Source: the human T2T-CHM13v2.0 reference genome, Homo sapiens. Taken from it: DNA of 64,000 nucleotides. The DNA is taken from NCBI RefSeq assembly GCF_009914755.1, contig NC_060934.1; one strand, given 5' to 3'. The number at the start of each line of letters is the position of its first letter. The stretch's first letter is position 1. Below are positions 44,409-58,990 of this stretch, piece after piece. Made by a program: the position numbers and the translations under genes. The notes beneath the pieces were generated by a model. That model was not told the DNA's origin, ran no database searches, and was given only the letters and a program-made list of their open reading frames with translations.

Positions 44409-44880
44409 TGTGGTAGATAAAATAATGACCCTCAAAGATGCCAGTATCTTAATCCCAAGAACCCATGAATATGTGACCTTACATGGCAAAAGGGGTTTGC
44501 TGGTGTGATTAAGTTAAGGATCTTGAAATGGGGAGATTGTCCTTGATTATCCAGGTGGGCCCACTGTAATCACTAGGTCTTTATAAAAGGGAGGTAGAGG
44601 GTCAGAATCAGAGAAGAAGATGTGCCAACAGAAGCAAAAGTAAGAAGTGATGTGAGGAAGGGGCCATGGACCAAAAAGTGTAGGCAGTCTCTAGAGGCTA
44701 GAAAAGGAAAGGAAGCAGAGTCTTCCCAGAGCCAGCCTCCAGTCCTGCTGACACTTTGACTTTAGCCCAGTGAGATGATTTGGGATTCTGACCCCCCAAA
44801 TCTGTAAGACAATAAATTTATATTGTTGCAGCCACTAAGTTTGTGGTAATTTGTTACAGCAGCAACAGGGAACTAATATG
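44409..44880 (+). mobile_element. MLT1 (MLT1D-like) solo LTR
   Basis: 'tgtggtagataaaataatgaccctcaaagatg...gccactaagtttgtggtaatttgttacagcagcaacagggaactaata'; TSD gaagt/gaggt. Confidence 0.9.
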
Positions 44881-46631
44881 GAGGTAAACCTTTTAAAACC
44901 AACTAATTCATGTGTCAGAAGGGGGACCATCAGCCATGCTTACCCAAGTGGAGGCTCATCACCCTTGATTGATCATTCTGCTGGGGACAGGACAGATTTT
45001 CCATAACACTATCAGTTCCAATGAAAGCTGATGTATGAAAAACATCTCCCTTAGTTGGTCTGATGGTAGCAGTCTCCTGGATAGAACTGCCATCCCAGAC
45101 CCACACTGGGGTGAGCTTGGCAGCCATCTGGCCTCATCACTATGCTCTTCACAGAATGCTATCTCCACTCTAGCATGTGTCTGTCTCATTTATCAAGCTG
45201 ATGACATGGCGGTATGAAAAAAACAGATGAGAGGTCCTACCTGCCGATCTGCTCCAAAGAGATTATAAAATCTAAGAGGAATGCCTGGGTGTGTGGGGGG
45301 GGGGGAGCGGTGGGGGAATGTAGAGAAGAACAAAGTTCCTTCTGGAGCTTTGGGAAAGCCGTTTGTGAGCCTGGACTTCCCCCAGCCTTTGAATCATTAA
45401 TCTGGTTGTACCCAAGACATCCAACAGGGTGCAGACTTGCCTCATTGCTCCAGAAGCTGAGACCACCCCCGTAACTTGTGAGGACGGAGGTCCTACCCCC
45501 TGTGAAGAAGGCTGAGACACAGAGAAAACTGAGAGATTAAATTTATAATCATAACCTTCCTCTGGCTTCCAGAGAACTACAAAACAAGGACACATTCCCA
45601 CTGTCTCTTGTCCCAAGAGTAGAGCCAAACCAAATAGCCTCACCATACCCAACATTATGCAACTTGAAGCCCAATCAATTGGCTCCACCCACATTTCATC
45701 TACAGGACATTGTTGCCAAACTTCTTAGGTATCTTCAATATGAGATTTTTAAAGAGCTAAAGATATAACAGAAAAAGCCTCAATGGAAATTTTACGGCTA
45801 TTTTCTTTTGCGGCTCAGGGAACATAAGCTTTTATCATTTTCCTTCATTCAAATAACAGCTTTGCCCTAGCTCCATGGTTGTCATGCATGGTCCATGGTG
45901 CTGCTTTGATGATTTATAACCAGCTGAGTCATCATCTCACTAAGTCAAAAGAGATTAGTATGTGAACCTATTTGGTAAACTGTAAGGCACTACACACGTC
46001 TGGTGGCAAGGCTTGTAAAGCTCTAAATACATGCATAATTAATGTGACTACTCCCCAAGACAGCTGGTATAAAGGAGACGACCTCTACCTATGAAAGGAA
46101 GGGGAGAAGAAAAGATCAAAACCACCTCCTTCTCCAGCCAAGCTATGTTTGCTCTCCCATTCCTCTCCTTACTCCCAAGATCTAAACATGACAGGAGTGG
46201 AGAAGGGAAGATGTCTTTAATTTCCTGGTTAATTTCTCCTGCCTGGATTCCAAGATGGAGACCCAAAGGGAGACCTGTGTGATAACTGGCCCTCAAAGGA
46301 GTGCACACAGTAGACCCAGGAGCAACAGCAAAAGTTGCTGACTAAACCTGGGGACAGCAATTGGTATCCATCCCTCAGGCATTTACTTTGCCTTTTCCTC
46401 ACCAGTCAACTTCAAGGCCCTTGAAGTTGTCAAGAAACTGGCAACCTAGACATTTATATCCAAACCAGATCCAAGAATTGTATCGTAAGAATGGAACAAT
46501 AATTGAACCTTGTGTCCCCTGCTAAACCAGAGAGAGCTTGTCAACAAAAAGGACTGAGAGAAGAATCCTGGGGAACGGGCTAATGAGAAAGGCTACCTGA
46601 ACCTTCAGAAATACCTGGGGAGCTTATTTTA

Positions 46632-46929
<298 letters not shown>

Positions 46930-48684
46930 TTGCAGCTTATTTTAAATGGATGTCTGGGCTGCACTGCAGATCTATGGTGATAAGGCAGGAGGGGGCACCC
47001 TAACTGAAAAAAAAAATCTCCAGATGATTCCAATACCCAGCTGAGTTTAGGTCCTACCACATTAGGTGACCTCCCAAAGGTCCCCTCATTTGATTTCCCT
47101 CCCACTTCCACACTGAACACCAGCAAGTCCAGAGAGAAATGGCCCTCGGCATCCAGCAGAGTTCTTTCCAGTGCCCACCAGAGTGATGGCCACCAAACCT
47201 TCCTCCAGACTGGCTCCCATTGTGTGCAGGGCAGGCAGGACAGTCTGTAAGAGATCATCACTGTGGACAATCGGGGAAGGAGCTGGCCTGGGCAGAGACT
47301 GCCCTGAACATTCATGGGACCTGCGCCCCAGAGCATCAGATGGGCCTCTCTGCTGAAGGAATAATAAATATGTCTTTTGAACAACTGATTTTGTTGTTGT
47401 TGTGTTTCCACACATATATGTTCACCAGTGCTGGTTTCATAGTAGTTCAGTCGTACTGCACAGGTGAGCTAGGGGGCTTTCTTAAAAGCCAGAAGACTAT
47501 TTAAATTTAGATTTGCATGCTGAAATGGAGCAACTTTTGGCATGTGATAAAGATGGGGAAAGTTGAAGACCACACCCTGCAACGCCCTCCCTGACTTACT
47601 ACTACCACCCATCATCTCCCATTAAAAGAAACAAAACAAAACATCATTCTAATGCCAGTTAAACGTTGCATGTATTGATTAAGCCTTCCCTCCCATCTGA
47701 AATTCTCCCTAAGGAGTAACATTTTAAAGCTTGCAGTGAGGGTCCTAAGGAGGCTGCTGCTTTGACAGCCTGCATGAGCAGCAGAAGGGACCTTGCTCCC
47801 TAGGCCAGCATCTGGATTTCCCATCTGGCCCACGCCTGCAGCTGCGTAACCCTCTGGCCCCCCTCCAACGTGCCTCAAAATGTTATTTCACATTTTGGGT
47901 CCAAATGGACACTTTCTGAGAAGTCGGTGTAACCTATCAAGCTTTGGAAACAAGTTTAAGTTGTTTTTGTACTTTCCATTACCCAGGTTGTTCTGGAACG
48001 CAGCTCTAAGAGGTTCAGCTTGCCACCACGTCAAGGAATTTGAGAAAAGGGAAAAACAAAGAGGGGGAAAGCCTGCACAAGAAGACCGAGGGTCTGGAAA
48101 TCAGAACCTGGTGTTTTCCAAAGGTCCTGTTCAGCCTACACTCCCCTTTTCCATTTCTGCCATGCTGTTGGGGCAAACTGGCATGGGAAGTAGGGGCTTT
48201 TGTCCTAAAGGCATAGCATCAAGGTCCCCAGAGCTACAAGGCTCTCCAATTCCTTCTCCCTGGTCCCGTATCATCAGACAAACCCAATAGAGTGATTCTC
48301 TAACATGCTGTGCTCAGAAAGGTGAAAGAACCACCAGGCGTGGTAGGGAGGCTGTGTCCACTGTTCAGCCCAGTCAGTGTGGCTTCTCTCCCTGGGCTGG
48401 GCTCCATCAGCTCATGCTGAGCCTCTGTGGCATTAGAAAAAATAATCCCTTGGCCTCAGGGCCTGCTAAGGGACTTCAAGCCAGATTTCATTCCCATTCA
48501 CTTCCTAAGCCAGGTACCCTGTGCAGGGCATGAGAGCCAGTGGACAGGACGCCCCTGCACTTGGGAGATTCGGTACCCTGATTAAGGGAAAGCCACCTCC
48601 CTGGCTCTGGGGAAGGTAAGAGACCTGAGAAAGCAACAGCCTTGGATCTCACTACATTTTGTGGGCTACTTCTGAAAACCACAC

Positions 48685-48865
48685 TTTGAATTCCAGTCCC
48701 ATCACTGACCAGCTCTGGACTACCTGTGACTTTGAATAAGCTATTCAATCTGTGCCTCAACTCCCTCCCCCATACAATGGGGAGGATGTTAGCATCTATC
48801 TCACAGGTAGAGTTGTTGTGAGGACTAGGCAGAGTAATCCATATAAGGCACTCTATCATTATGTT
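48685..48865 (+). mobile_element. MIR
   Basis: 'gtgactttgaataagctattcaatctgtgcctcaactccctc...ctcacaggtagagttgttgtgaggact'. Confidence 0.75.
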
Positions 48866-49261
48866 GTTAGATCAGTTTCAAGAAGCACATTTTCCAACAT
48901 AAAATGATTTGTGAAACTGAGATCTTATAATCAGTCCATATGTTAATACATACTTAATAGAGTTTTCTCCCACCGCATCCTCCAAAACAGCAGGTATTAA
49001 ATCAATGGTGCATCTTTCTCATCAACGTATTTGAGTTAAGAAAATATAGTCTTTTAATTACCATTTCATGCATAGTAATGGCTGCAATGTTAAAGACTCA
49101 CTTCTTCCTGGGTAATTTTGCAGCATAGTCTCTACCAGCACCCCTGGGGATGTAGGTGCCTACCAAGCCACCATCTCCTTTCTTCTCCAGCCCCTCTGGA
49201 CTCCTTCAGGTGCTCTCAAACCTAAACTCATAAAATCCTTGCCAGATCCTTAGGGAGCATC

Positions 49262-49420
49262 CAACAAGTGGTTCTGAGCCCGAGCTGCTCACAGAAATCC
49301 TAGGGCACTCGCTGGCCCCACAGGTTCTGATTCCATTAATGGAAGTGAGGCCCGGGCATCAGCATTTTTAAAAGCTCCCCAGATGGTTGTAACATGCAGT
49401 GGAATCAAGAACTCTGGCTC
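49262..49420. mobile_element. MER5-type MITE
   Basis: 'gtggttctgagc...gaggcccgggcatcagcatttttaaaagctccccagatggttgtaacatgcag'. Confidence 0.75.
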
Positions 49421-50762
49421 CAGTCTGTCCCCACCTCCATCTGATGCCTGAAATCCCCTCAATCCCTGCAGCTAATGAGTAGCTGGCCAGCCTCTTCCAG
49501 GAGAATCAAAACTTCACTGACTTAGGTTGCAGAACACCATAATAAAGCAGAGGTTCTTCCTCAGGCAGTGTCTTTGTTGTTCTGAGATAAAGAAAAAGAC
49601 CTTGAAGGCAATTCTAAGCTGGGAAATGAGAAAACCTGCCTCAAATGGAGTCCTTCTTCCCAGCCATCTTAAGCTCAGATACCTGGAATTTATTTATTTT
49701 GAACTTTGTAGAAATCTTTTGACTTACAAATGACCTAATTCTCTAAACTAGCTATGCTGAGAATGCAAGATAACTTTTATGCTGGCTTGATTCCATAAGA
49801 AATAGTGACTCATAAGGATCATCATCAGAAATAAATTTCTCAAAACTTTTAAGTAAATCTGTTTCTAGGTAAACTTGATGGACTTTTGAAGGATTATATT
49901 TCCCCCTTCTTTTTCCTCTTGCATCCATACCAAGCTCTTTTCTTTATGGCAGACCTTGTTTCCTCTCCATCTTCTACTTTCATAGATACAGTCCATCAAA
50001 TCATACACGACTCATTTCACCAACCACGAAGATTCTACCATGCACTGGAGAATTAGTGAGTTGGCTTCAACTGCACTTCAATTGACTCCCCGGAGGTGGG
50101 TAAGCATACATTTCCACATGTATGCAGATAGAAAAATATCTGATTGGGCACTAAATGTTTAATTCTCTGAGAAATTGGCAATCCAGTGAGAAAGCTACGC
50201 TAGGCATCCTAGATGCTTTTAGATCACAGTAATGGAAGCATCTCACAACAGCCTAATGTTTTCAACCCATCAGAAAGCAGAGTCCCAGAGAGCCTATGGG
50301 GACTCAAAACAAACCCAACTAAAGCCAGGTGGAGTGACCTCTCATCTCAGACTCCAAGGCTTGGGAGTAGGAATGGGCAAAGTGGAGACAAGCTGCCAAA
50401 TATTAGGGGTGCGCCATGTCCTACATGTTGGATGGGCCCTTTACACATGCCATCTCCTTTAACTTCCTTCTCACAGTAAGTGGGGAGACAGAGATTAGAA
50501 TCAGGCTCGCATAAGGTCACAAAGATAGTAAACAGCAGACCTAGGACTTAGCCCTGGTCCCTCTGATTTCCAAGCTTCCTTCCACCAAATGGTGGAGTAA
50601 CTTGCTCCCAATCCATGGATCCAGACCTGGGAAAGGGGCTGCTTCTCTGAGCTCCAGGAGCTATTGGTTGAGAATCCTCTCTTTTTTGCATCCCTGGGTT
50701 GCTGCCCACCCCCATACTGCTCCTTAAGCACTTAATTAATGGTGTCCTGTGGCCAGTCCTGA

Positions 50763-51389
50763 TGATGCAGTTTTTCTTGGTCACTCTGTGGGCCACAGAC
50801 TTCCAGCTGCCAATTCCCCCTACAAGCATTGCTCGGGTCCAGGCCCACTGTAGGAGACACCCTGACTACTCCGGTGCAGATCTCACAGCTACCATGACTG
50901 TTTGTTCAGCCCCCACATTCTCCAGGGTCCCAATTTCTTGTCCCACATTCAAAAAGAATGAGGTTATGCTGCCAGCCAGTGGGTGAGCAAGGTGAAAAGT
51001 TTTATTAACTGATGAAACAGCTGTCAGCAGAGAGGGGACGTGAGAATTGTCTACCACCCAAAGTCAGGTAGTCTCTGTGTCCCAGTGTGGCTGAGTCCAG
51101 GGTTTTTATGGGCTCAGAAAGGGGGTGGATACTGATTGGTCTGTGAGTATGCAAAAAAAGGCAACAGTGTAAAAACCAATTGGGGAAGGGTGGGTATAGG
51201 TGAAGAGGTGGGGGTTAATCAGAGGAAAGCATGCCAAATGGGAAGAGAGGTTCTCAATCCAGTCTGTGGATTTATCCAAGACTTGTAGCTTGGCTTTCAG
51301 ACTTTAAACTGGCTTTGGTTTGCAGCGGGGGGTTTCACTGGGGACTCACCTGTGTTTGCCTAGGGATTTGTCTACCTCCTGCTGTATCA
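50763..51389 (-). mobile_element. ERV1-class solo LTR (LTR27/LTR28-like), next to a MIR fragment
   Basis: TG...CA termini; minus strand starts 'tgatacagcaggaggtagacaaatccctaggc'; perfect 4-bp TSD CTGA at 50759-50762 and 51390-51393; CCAAT, ATAAAA and AATAAA in LTR order; MIR sequence follows at 51394-51560. Confidence 0.85.
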
Positions 51390-53339
51390 CTGAGTTCAAA
51401 TCCCCATTCTACCACTTGCCAGCTGTGTAGCCTTGGGAAAATTACTAACCTCTCTGGCCTCAGTTTCTCCATGTTTGAGGTGGAAATAATAATACCTACT
51501 CTGCTCTGAACACTAAATGAGCTCATTTACGATGGCATTTAGAAGAGTGGACAGAAGTGAATGTTCCTTCTCCCATTATTCATATTGACTCCACCAGTAC
51601 TGTCTCACAGGGTCACTGTATCATGGCATCCATCTTTCCATGGGTACATGTCTTGTATAGTCCTTAGGGGAAGGTCTTGTTCTTCTCTCCTCTCCTCAGG
51701 GTCCACTCACTTATGCATTATCTCATAAAGGATACTGAAGCCCATTGAGGGCATTTCCTAATCTGAAGGGGCCTCTGATAGACTTCTACTACTTAAGTCT
51801 CCCATCACTTTCCCACCCTTAACCCCATTCTAGAAAAACCCATAGGTAAACAGAGTATACCTGATTTTCTAATACCCATTGAATATTTTATATTTGTTTT
51901 TATACTTTGCAATGAAGAATGTTTCAGTAAATTTCCTAAAGGAAACAAAAAACTCATAGATGATATAAGTAAGCCATGTCACCCCTGGGCTTCCTCCACC
52001 TTCCACTGTGTACTACAGGCAGCACAGTCCCTCCCATGCTGTGCTCTGACCTTGCCTGACCTTGCCACCCTGAGTGTGACCTGCAGACCAGCAGCATCAG
52101 CATACCCAGGAAGTCAGTTAGAAATGTGAATTCTTGGGCCACAGACTTAAAGACTCAGAATTTGAGCCCAAGGATTCTTGCTTCAGGGTCTGTGCTCTTC
52201 GCCACCACACTACACTGTTTCTCTTTATCAGCAATGAAATTGAGAACAGACTCATTGCAAGACGCTCATTGTCAGCTCCGTCCTCTACTGACTTCAAAAC
52301 ATCATCAGCTTTTCACATTAAATTTGTTTATCACCCGTCTCAGATACTATCTTTGATATCAGAGGTAAGACTGGCATTGTGGACAGATGTTTTCATGCCT
52401 TGACCCAAAAGGGTAACAAACATGGATACTGCAGGCCAACACGAAGGAATTGTGTTGATGGGCCATAAGAACCACAATGGGTCCCTTAAACCACACCTCA
52501 GCTACCTGATTTCCTGCACATAGGGCCAGAAATATACTAAGGGGAAAATGGTAGAAGGGAAAATGAGAACAAGAAAGAATGAGATACCCTGCAGGTGTCT
52601 TCCTCTACTAGGGAGGCCCCTGAGAAATGACTGAATGTTTTTAGCAAAAGATTAGAAGAATAATATTATCTTGCCATCTGTTATTGCTTATAGAGAGCCA
52701 ATAAGTGTGTCTTAGAGATTCTGAGTTCCAGGGATGATCCCACTCAGGTTCCCTGACCCACTGTGAGTCATACCTCCATAGCAGAGGGGCCCCTAACCCC
52801 AGGATTTCCATGCCTTCTGCAAGCTGGTCTTTTAGATTTCATCAGCAGTCAGTCCTGAGGCCATGGAACGGGGAATGATCGATGACAGCCCACTGAAGGA
52901 GGACCTTCTTCTTGTTTGCTTGGTTCTGGGGAATGCATCTCCTAGGCAGGAGCAACACGTGCCATAATGGTAAAATAATTTGGGAAAAAATGGCAAAAAA
53001 TATTTGCTTTTGCCTTAAATCTACCAAAAGTGGATCACAGGTTGAAAACTGCCTGATCTTGGTCGTTCGAAGCCCCTGAGTGGCTCAGTATTTGAACTCA
53101 GTGCAGCCCTGAGCAACCAATTAATATTTGCCCAGTGGGCAGGATTGACTTCAGTTACCTAAAGATGTTACTACTGCTCTTCTGGTTGCCCAGAGATTCC
53201 CACACCCCGTGTGCAGCACAGATCCAGCAGAGACTCCTTGCCAAAGGCCATTGCGGTCCAAGACCCCAAAGAGGAAGGCTCCAGAGGTGACTGCTGCTTG
53301 GGAAGTCAATATCGGACATGAGTGCTAGAACCAAGGTAA

Positions 53340-53640
53340 TGCTTCCCAGACTTCACTATGCCCACCAGAGACCTGGAGAGCTTGTTAAAATTTTGACTGC
53401 TGGGCCAAGAGAGCTGGGGCTGAACCTGAGAATCTACATTTCTAACAAGTCTCCAGGGGATGGTGGTCGATGGACCACACTGAGAAGCACCATGTCTGAA
53501 AATCTTTTGAGCCAAACATTTTATTTCACCAATGAAGAATTTGGGACCAGAGAGGCTAACTAGTATGTCCAAAATCACCCAGCACATCAGTGACAGGGTT
53601 GGGACCAGGTGCCCTGACTCCTAGTTTCCACTGTGTTCCC
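53340..53640. mobile_element. MER5-type MITE followed by an antisense MIR
   Basis: 'gacctggagagcttgttaaaa...ctgagaatctacatttctaacaagtctccagg' and then 'tttcaccaatgaagaatttgggaccagagagg'. Confidence 0.72.
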
Positions 53641-54529
53641 ACTCTACCAGCTTACCTTAAAACAGCAATCGTCATAGTCATTTTATGAACTATAACTCAT
53701 TTTGAGTACCAAATGCTTTTCCTATTTCCTCTTCTTTATCTTTATAATCACCCTTTGAGGTTGAGGGCATGGGTCTCAACCTATAGAGAAAGAAACGAAG
53801 GTTGAAAAAAGTAACAACAACAATGAAAATTGGCTCTAGATCACAAGCCAAGGAGTAGAGCTGGATTCTACCCAGTTCTCTCTGACCTTGTGCTGTTCCT
53901 CTTTACATCTCTTCAGGTTCTCAGAGGGGAGCTCTCTCTACCAAAGGTTTAATGCAAAACCCACATAGTCACCTAGCTTACGGAAAGGACAGGCCTGAAG
54001 ACTAGGGTAAAATTAAGATGATAAAACAGTGAACAAATATTTTAAAACTATGTCCAGGAGGAAAGCTAGAGGAAAGAGCCCTAAGCCCCAACTGCTCCAT
54101 AGGCTACCTGTCATTCTCTTTCCAAAACCTTTCAGGGGTTTAAGACCTAGAACCACGTGTCTGACACCACAGCCCTGTAAATTCTGTCCCCAAGAGTCCT
54201 GAGGCTCTGCGCAAACAAAATTAATAGCCTGCAAACTCTAAATGGGTGATTACAATCTATAAAGCAGCCCATAAAATGACATCATGGGGATTCATATTTA
54301 TTTTCTCCCACTGATTTCCACTATAAATTTGCTTGGTTTATGAGTAGAAACAGTTTCTTCTGCTACGTGCCTGGGCATAAAGCTCACCTAAAGATGGAAA
54401 CCTAAAGATGTCTGGGGCTCACTTCACCCCCAGTGGTGCTCTGGTCAATGGGACACACAGAAGAAACCTCCCAAGGAAGCTCTGGAAACCCCAAAGCAGC
54501 CACTGCCTCTACAAACATGCCCTGAGAGC

Positions 54530-55200
54530 CTGCTGAGCTGCAGGCTTCTGTGCTAGGTCTTGAGCAGTAGCCAACAAAATGGGGGTGGTCTCTGCCCTCA
54601 GGGACCTTGCAAGGGTCCCTGAAAGGGAAAGAGGAGACAGACACTAAACAGAAAACTACATGGATAACACATGGGGGTTCATTAGGGAATGCAAAGGGAA
54701 AGTACAGCAAGCTATGAGCTGTGGAACAGGAGCAGCTAACCTGATCTGGTAGGGGTGATGCCCAAGAAGGATGAGTAAGTGGAGGCTAAGCAAAAGGTGG
54801 GGAAAGGGAGAAGAGGAGAGACATTCCAAGTAGAGGGATCCACATGGGTAGAGCCCAGCTGTTTGCTGCTGTTGCAGTTGAGCCACATGAGTATCAAATA
54901 AAGAATGACAAAAATTCTGGGTCAGACAACACATATAGGATATAATAAGATTAGGTTTTCTTCCAAGTGCAATAGAAATAAATGAAGAGTTTTAAGAAAA
55001 GAATTAACATGATCAGAAAACCATCTTAGAAAGATTCTACCAGCCGCAGTTAGAAGAATGGATTTGACAGAGAGGGGGTGTTTAGGAGGGAATGTCAGCA
55101 GATTTGTAGGACACTATTGCAGTTGTCTACACAAGAAGTGATGGTGGCCTGAACTAGGTAAGAATAAATGGGCCACAGTGCTATCTAGGAGGTAGGACCG
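54530..55200 (-). mobile_element. L2 fragment
   Basis: 'gtggtctctgccctcagggacc...acatgatcagaaaaccatcttagaaagattctacc...gtgatggtggcctgaacta'. Confidence 0.72.
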
Positions 55201-55679
55201 ATTAGGGCTGTCAGACCCAGCTTACGCAAAAAGGGCAGGGCATTTAGGAGGTGCACAGTAGATAATGGTGATCACTGACCTACTGGCACTTGCAAATGCT
55301 TTGAATCCAATCTCATTAGCCAAGGTCAATACCTGGAAGCCACTCAGAAGCCAGTATTGGTACGAGGTCAAGTGACCACCTCACCAGTGCAACATAGCAC
55401 ATGCAGCTCAAGTCATCCCCAGACCAGTTGACACTCTCAACTTGCAAAAGAACACATGAGGTAGAATCCCTTTCCTTTAATTTAACCCAAGCTCTACTAC
55501 TGCCTCAGTTCAAAGGTCATCAATTGCAAGATCAGCAGAAGGGGCATGGCTCCCTGAATCCCAACAAGGCTACAAGGGTTTTGGTTTTACATAGCTCATC
55601 CAAAGCCAGTCTCTTCTGGCCTTCAGAAATTTCTCCCTCTTCCAAGCTCCAAGGGCATTTATATCATCCCTGTACATGC

Positions 55680-56317
<638 letters not shown>

Positions 56318-58047
56318 ATTCTACCTTGCTTAGATTCAATTTGGAATCACAACTTAGGCTGCCATTGTTGTCTAATAATTGCATGTTCATTAACCTGTTT
56401 TCCAAAAAGACTTTAAGCCACCTTAAGATAAGCACAGCATACCCAGCGACAAGGTGCTGTAGATGAGCACCTACTAAATATCAGAGAAAGAAGTGAATTG
56501 ACTGGGCCCAGAAGAGAGGAAAATGCCAGTCTGGTGATGCCAGACCAACAGAGAGGAGTGAGTGGGAGGACAGGCTCAGCACTGAACTATCTAGAGTTGC
56601 CCTTGAGTCCTAGCCAAGATGGCTGTCACTCCCCAGGTGCCCAGAGATGGTGGCTTTCTTGAGCAATTGATCTGAAAATAGGTCCCCTAAGCAGACCTTG
56701 TCACTGAAGTTCACACACTGCCCAAGCTGAGTGCCATGCTGAGCATAGCCCAGATGAAATGATTGCTCATCTTGAGGGCAACATCCCAGACAAACCAGTC
56801 CCTTTTATGTCTCACTCACTATGGAGGGAAAGCCCCTGCTCTCTTGCCCTCAAACATTAGATGGGCTTACAGAAATGCATTCCCATTTCATAATGCCTGC
56901 TGTGATTCCAGGTAATTCCTCTAAGTGCACTATTAAATCCCAGCAGCTGTTCCAGATAACAGCAAAGTCGACAATTCCAGCTGCCGCCTTGTCAGGAAAT
57001 GAAGCAAAGCAGCTGTAAGTTTCCTAACACTGAGACATGACCAAAATGGCAGCATGAGGGATCACTCATGTGCAGGTTTCTCCACCGCCATGCAGATAAT
57101 GTGTGTCCACCATCACACATACATTACCTGCCCTGAGTCTACTCTGATGTCTGAGGCTGGAGGACTCAAAACTGTGGGCCATATTCCCCTGAGATACCCA
57201 GCTACAGTTATCTTTGAGATCCTCATGAGAAAGAATCCCAAATTAACACTGAGCCCCTACCCATAAAGCATGCTCAAGGTGCTGGAGAATTGCTTAAGGC
57301 CACACAGCTAAAATGGCCTCCAAGTCAGGATTTGAACTCTGATCCTGTGAGCTCCAAAGCATCAAGCTTCTCTATCCTTCACTGTTCCCTACTGCTCTTA
57401 AAGCCCTGTATTTCCCTTACCCAAAGGAGCCCGGCCATCTCAACAGTATTTTCGCCATCTGGGCCAACCACGTGCCGGCAGAGTGCATAAATACCACTTT
57501 TGTGACCAAAACTGTATTTCCTCGGTTGATCCAACATCAGCATCTTTGCACCTGCAACTTTCCTTAAGAAGAATTTTTCCATGATGTGATGATAGAATTT
57601 GCAGCCAGCAAAGGGGATCATAGACATACATGTACACACGAGCCCACAACCATCTACTTCAAAGCCTCCCAGCCTGAAGTACGCTCTCCAGATGTCTCTA
57701 TATACCAGGTGCTTCGAGGCTGGCCAGCATCTCCCTGACAGCAGAACAAGTTAGTATAAGGAATTTCTATTTAAAAGCCAAGTTCTACAAAAGCTAAGCC
57801 AAGCAAGGTTCTAATAAACAGTAAAACCGCCACGTTGTGACACATGGCTTAAAGTTGGTCACTCACCTAGGTGGGTCAGAAAGACACCAATGCTTTTCAT
57901 TTTCCCCAGCACCTCAACCCTGGTTAGTGCTAGGGTGGGATCCCTGGTGGGAGACTCCACCCACACTGAACCTGGCTGGCTTCACTTTTCCAGACTGGTG
58001 TGTTCTCCAGGCAAATATATATTTTCCCCCTACCCACCTCCCTCCGT

Positions 58048-58058
58048 GTGACTCAGCA
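58048..58058 (+). promoter_or_regulatory. Perfect NRF2/sMAF antioxidant response element GTGACTCAGCA
   Basis: Exact RTGACTCAGCA with an embedded AP-1 site; function untested. Confidence 0.4.
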
Positions 58059-58799
58059 AGCAAGTGCTGGGTAGGAGGAGTGCTGGTAGGGTGGGGGACG
58101 ACTCTGTTCTCATTCCAGGCTCAAGGAACAGCCTCAGTCATGGACAAGAAGTATAGGCAGAGAGTCAGGAGACCAAGGCTCTAGACCTGTTGTTGATGAC
58201 TAAGATGGCCTGGGATGAGTCCCACAGCCTCTCTGGTCTCAGTTCCTCATCTATAATTTGCAGGTTGAATGATACCTGAGGCTCTGTGATTGCTTGAGTC
58301 AGCCAACAGCTCAATCAGCCACACAGAAACAACCTCTCCTCTTCTCTCTTCCAGCCTGGATAAAGCTTGTGGGGCATGAGATTTATGGGTTTGGTGCTGA
58401 ATTGCATCATGTATGAGGCAGAATTTGAGTTGGATTTTCATGGGTTGGGAGGATTTGTAAAGGCATTGAAGGCATGGGGGGACATGAGTGGCATAAACAA
58501 AGAAGTGGAGTCAGGAATGTGCTTAGCGTCTTTGAAGGAACCACTAGGGATGATAATTTAGACAGCGTGCACTAGTACAACTAAACCAGTCTCTCAAATA
58601 TTGAAACCTTTTGTACCGGCTGGTAAACAGCCAATGGCCTTGACTTAGGAGTGCCCCCTCAGCTGCCCCTGCTGCTGCAGTGCCTATCCCCCATCCCAAC
58701 CCCATGATCCAACAACCAAAGGGTTAATTTCTGAGATCTCGATCCAAAAGGTGCCCATACCATGGTGATCCTAGTCAGCCCAAAGCCACACCACACATC

Positions 58800-58990
58800 T
58801 AACAAGCATTCCTGTGTGCCAGATACCATCTTAGGCACATTAACATATGTTACTTTTTCTCCCCTTCACACTAACCTCTTCAGATTAAGGAACTGAGGCT
58901 TGGAGCAGTTATGTGACTTGTTCAAGGATGCAATAACAGTATTTGAACAAAGACCATTAAATCCAAGTCCAGAGCTCACTTCTTAAAACC
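58800..58990 (-). mobile_element. MIR
   Basis: 'gtgtgccagataccatcttaggcac...gattaaggaactgaggcttggagcagttatgtgacttgttcaagg'. Confidence 0.75.

Noticed and set aside
46985-46998. CTCF-like motifs here and at ~10236, ~12643 and ~62885
   Set aside because: Each has mismatches or a gap at core positions and cannot be supported without ChIP data.
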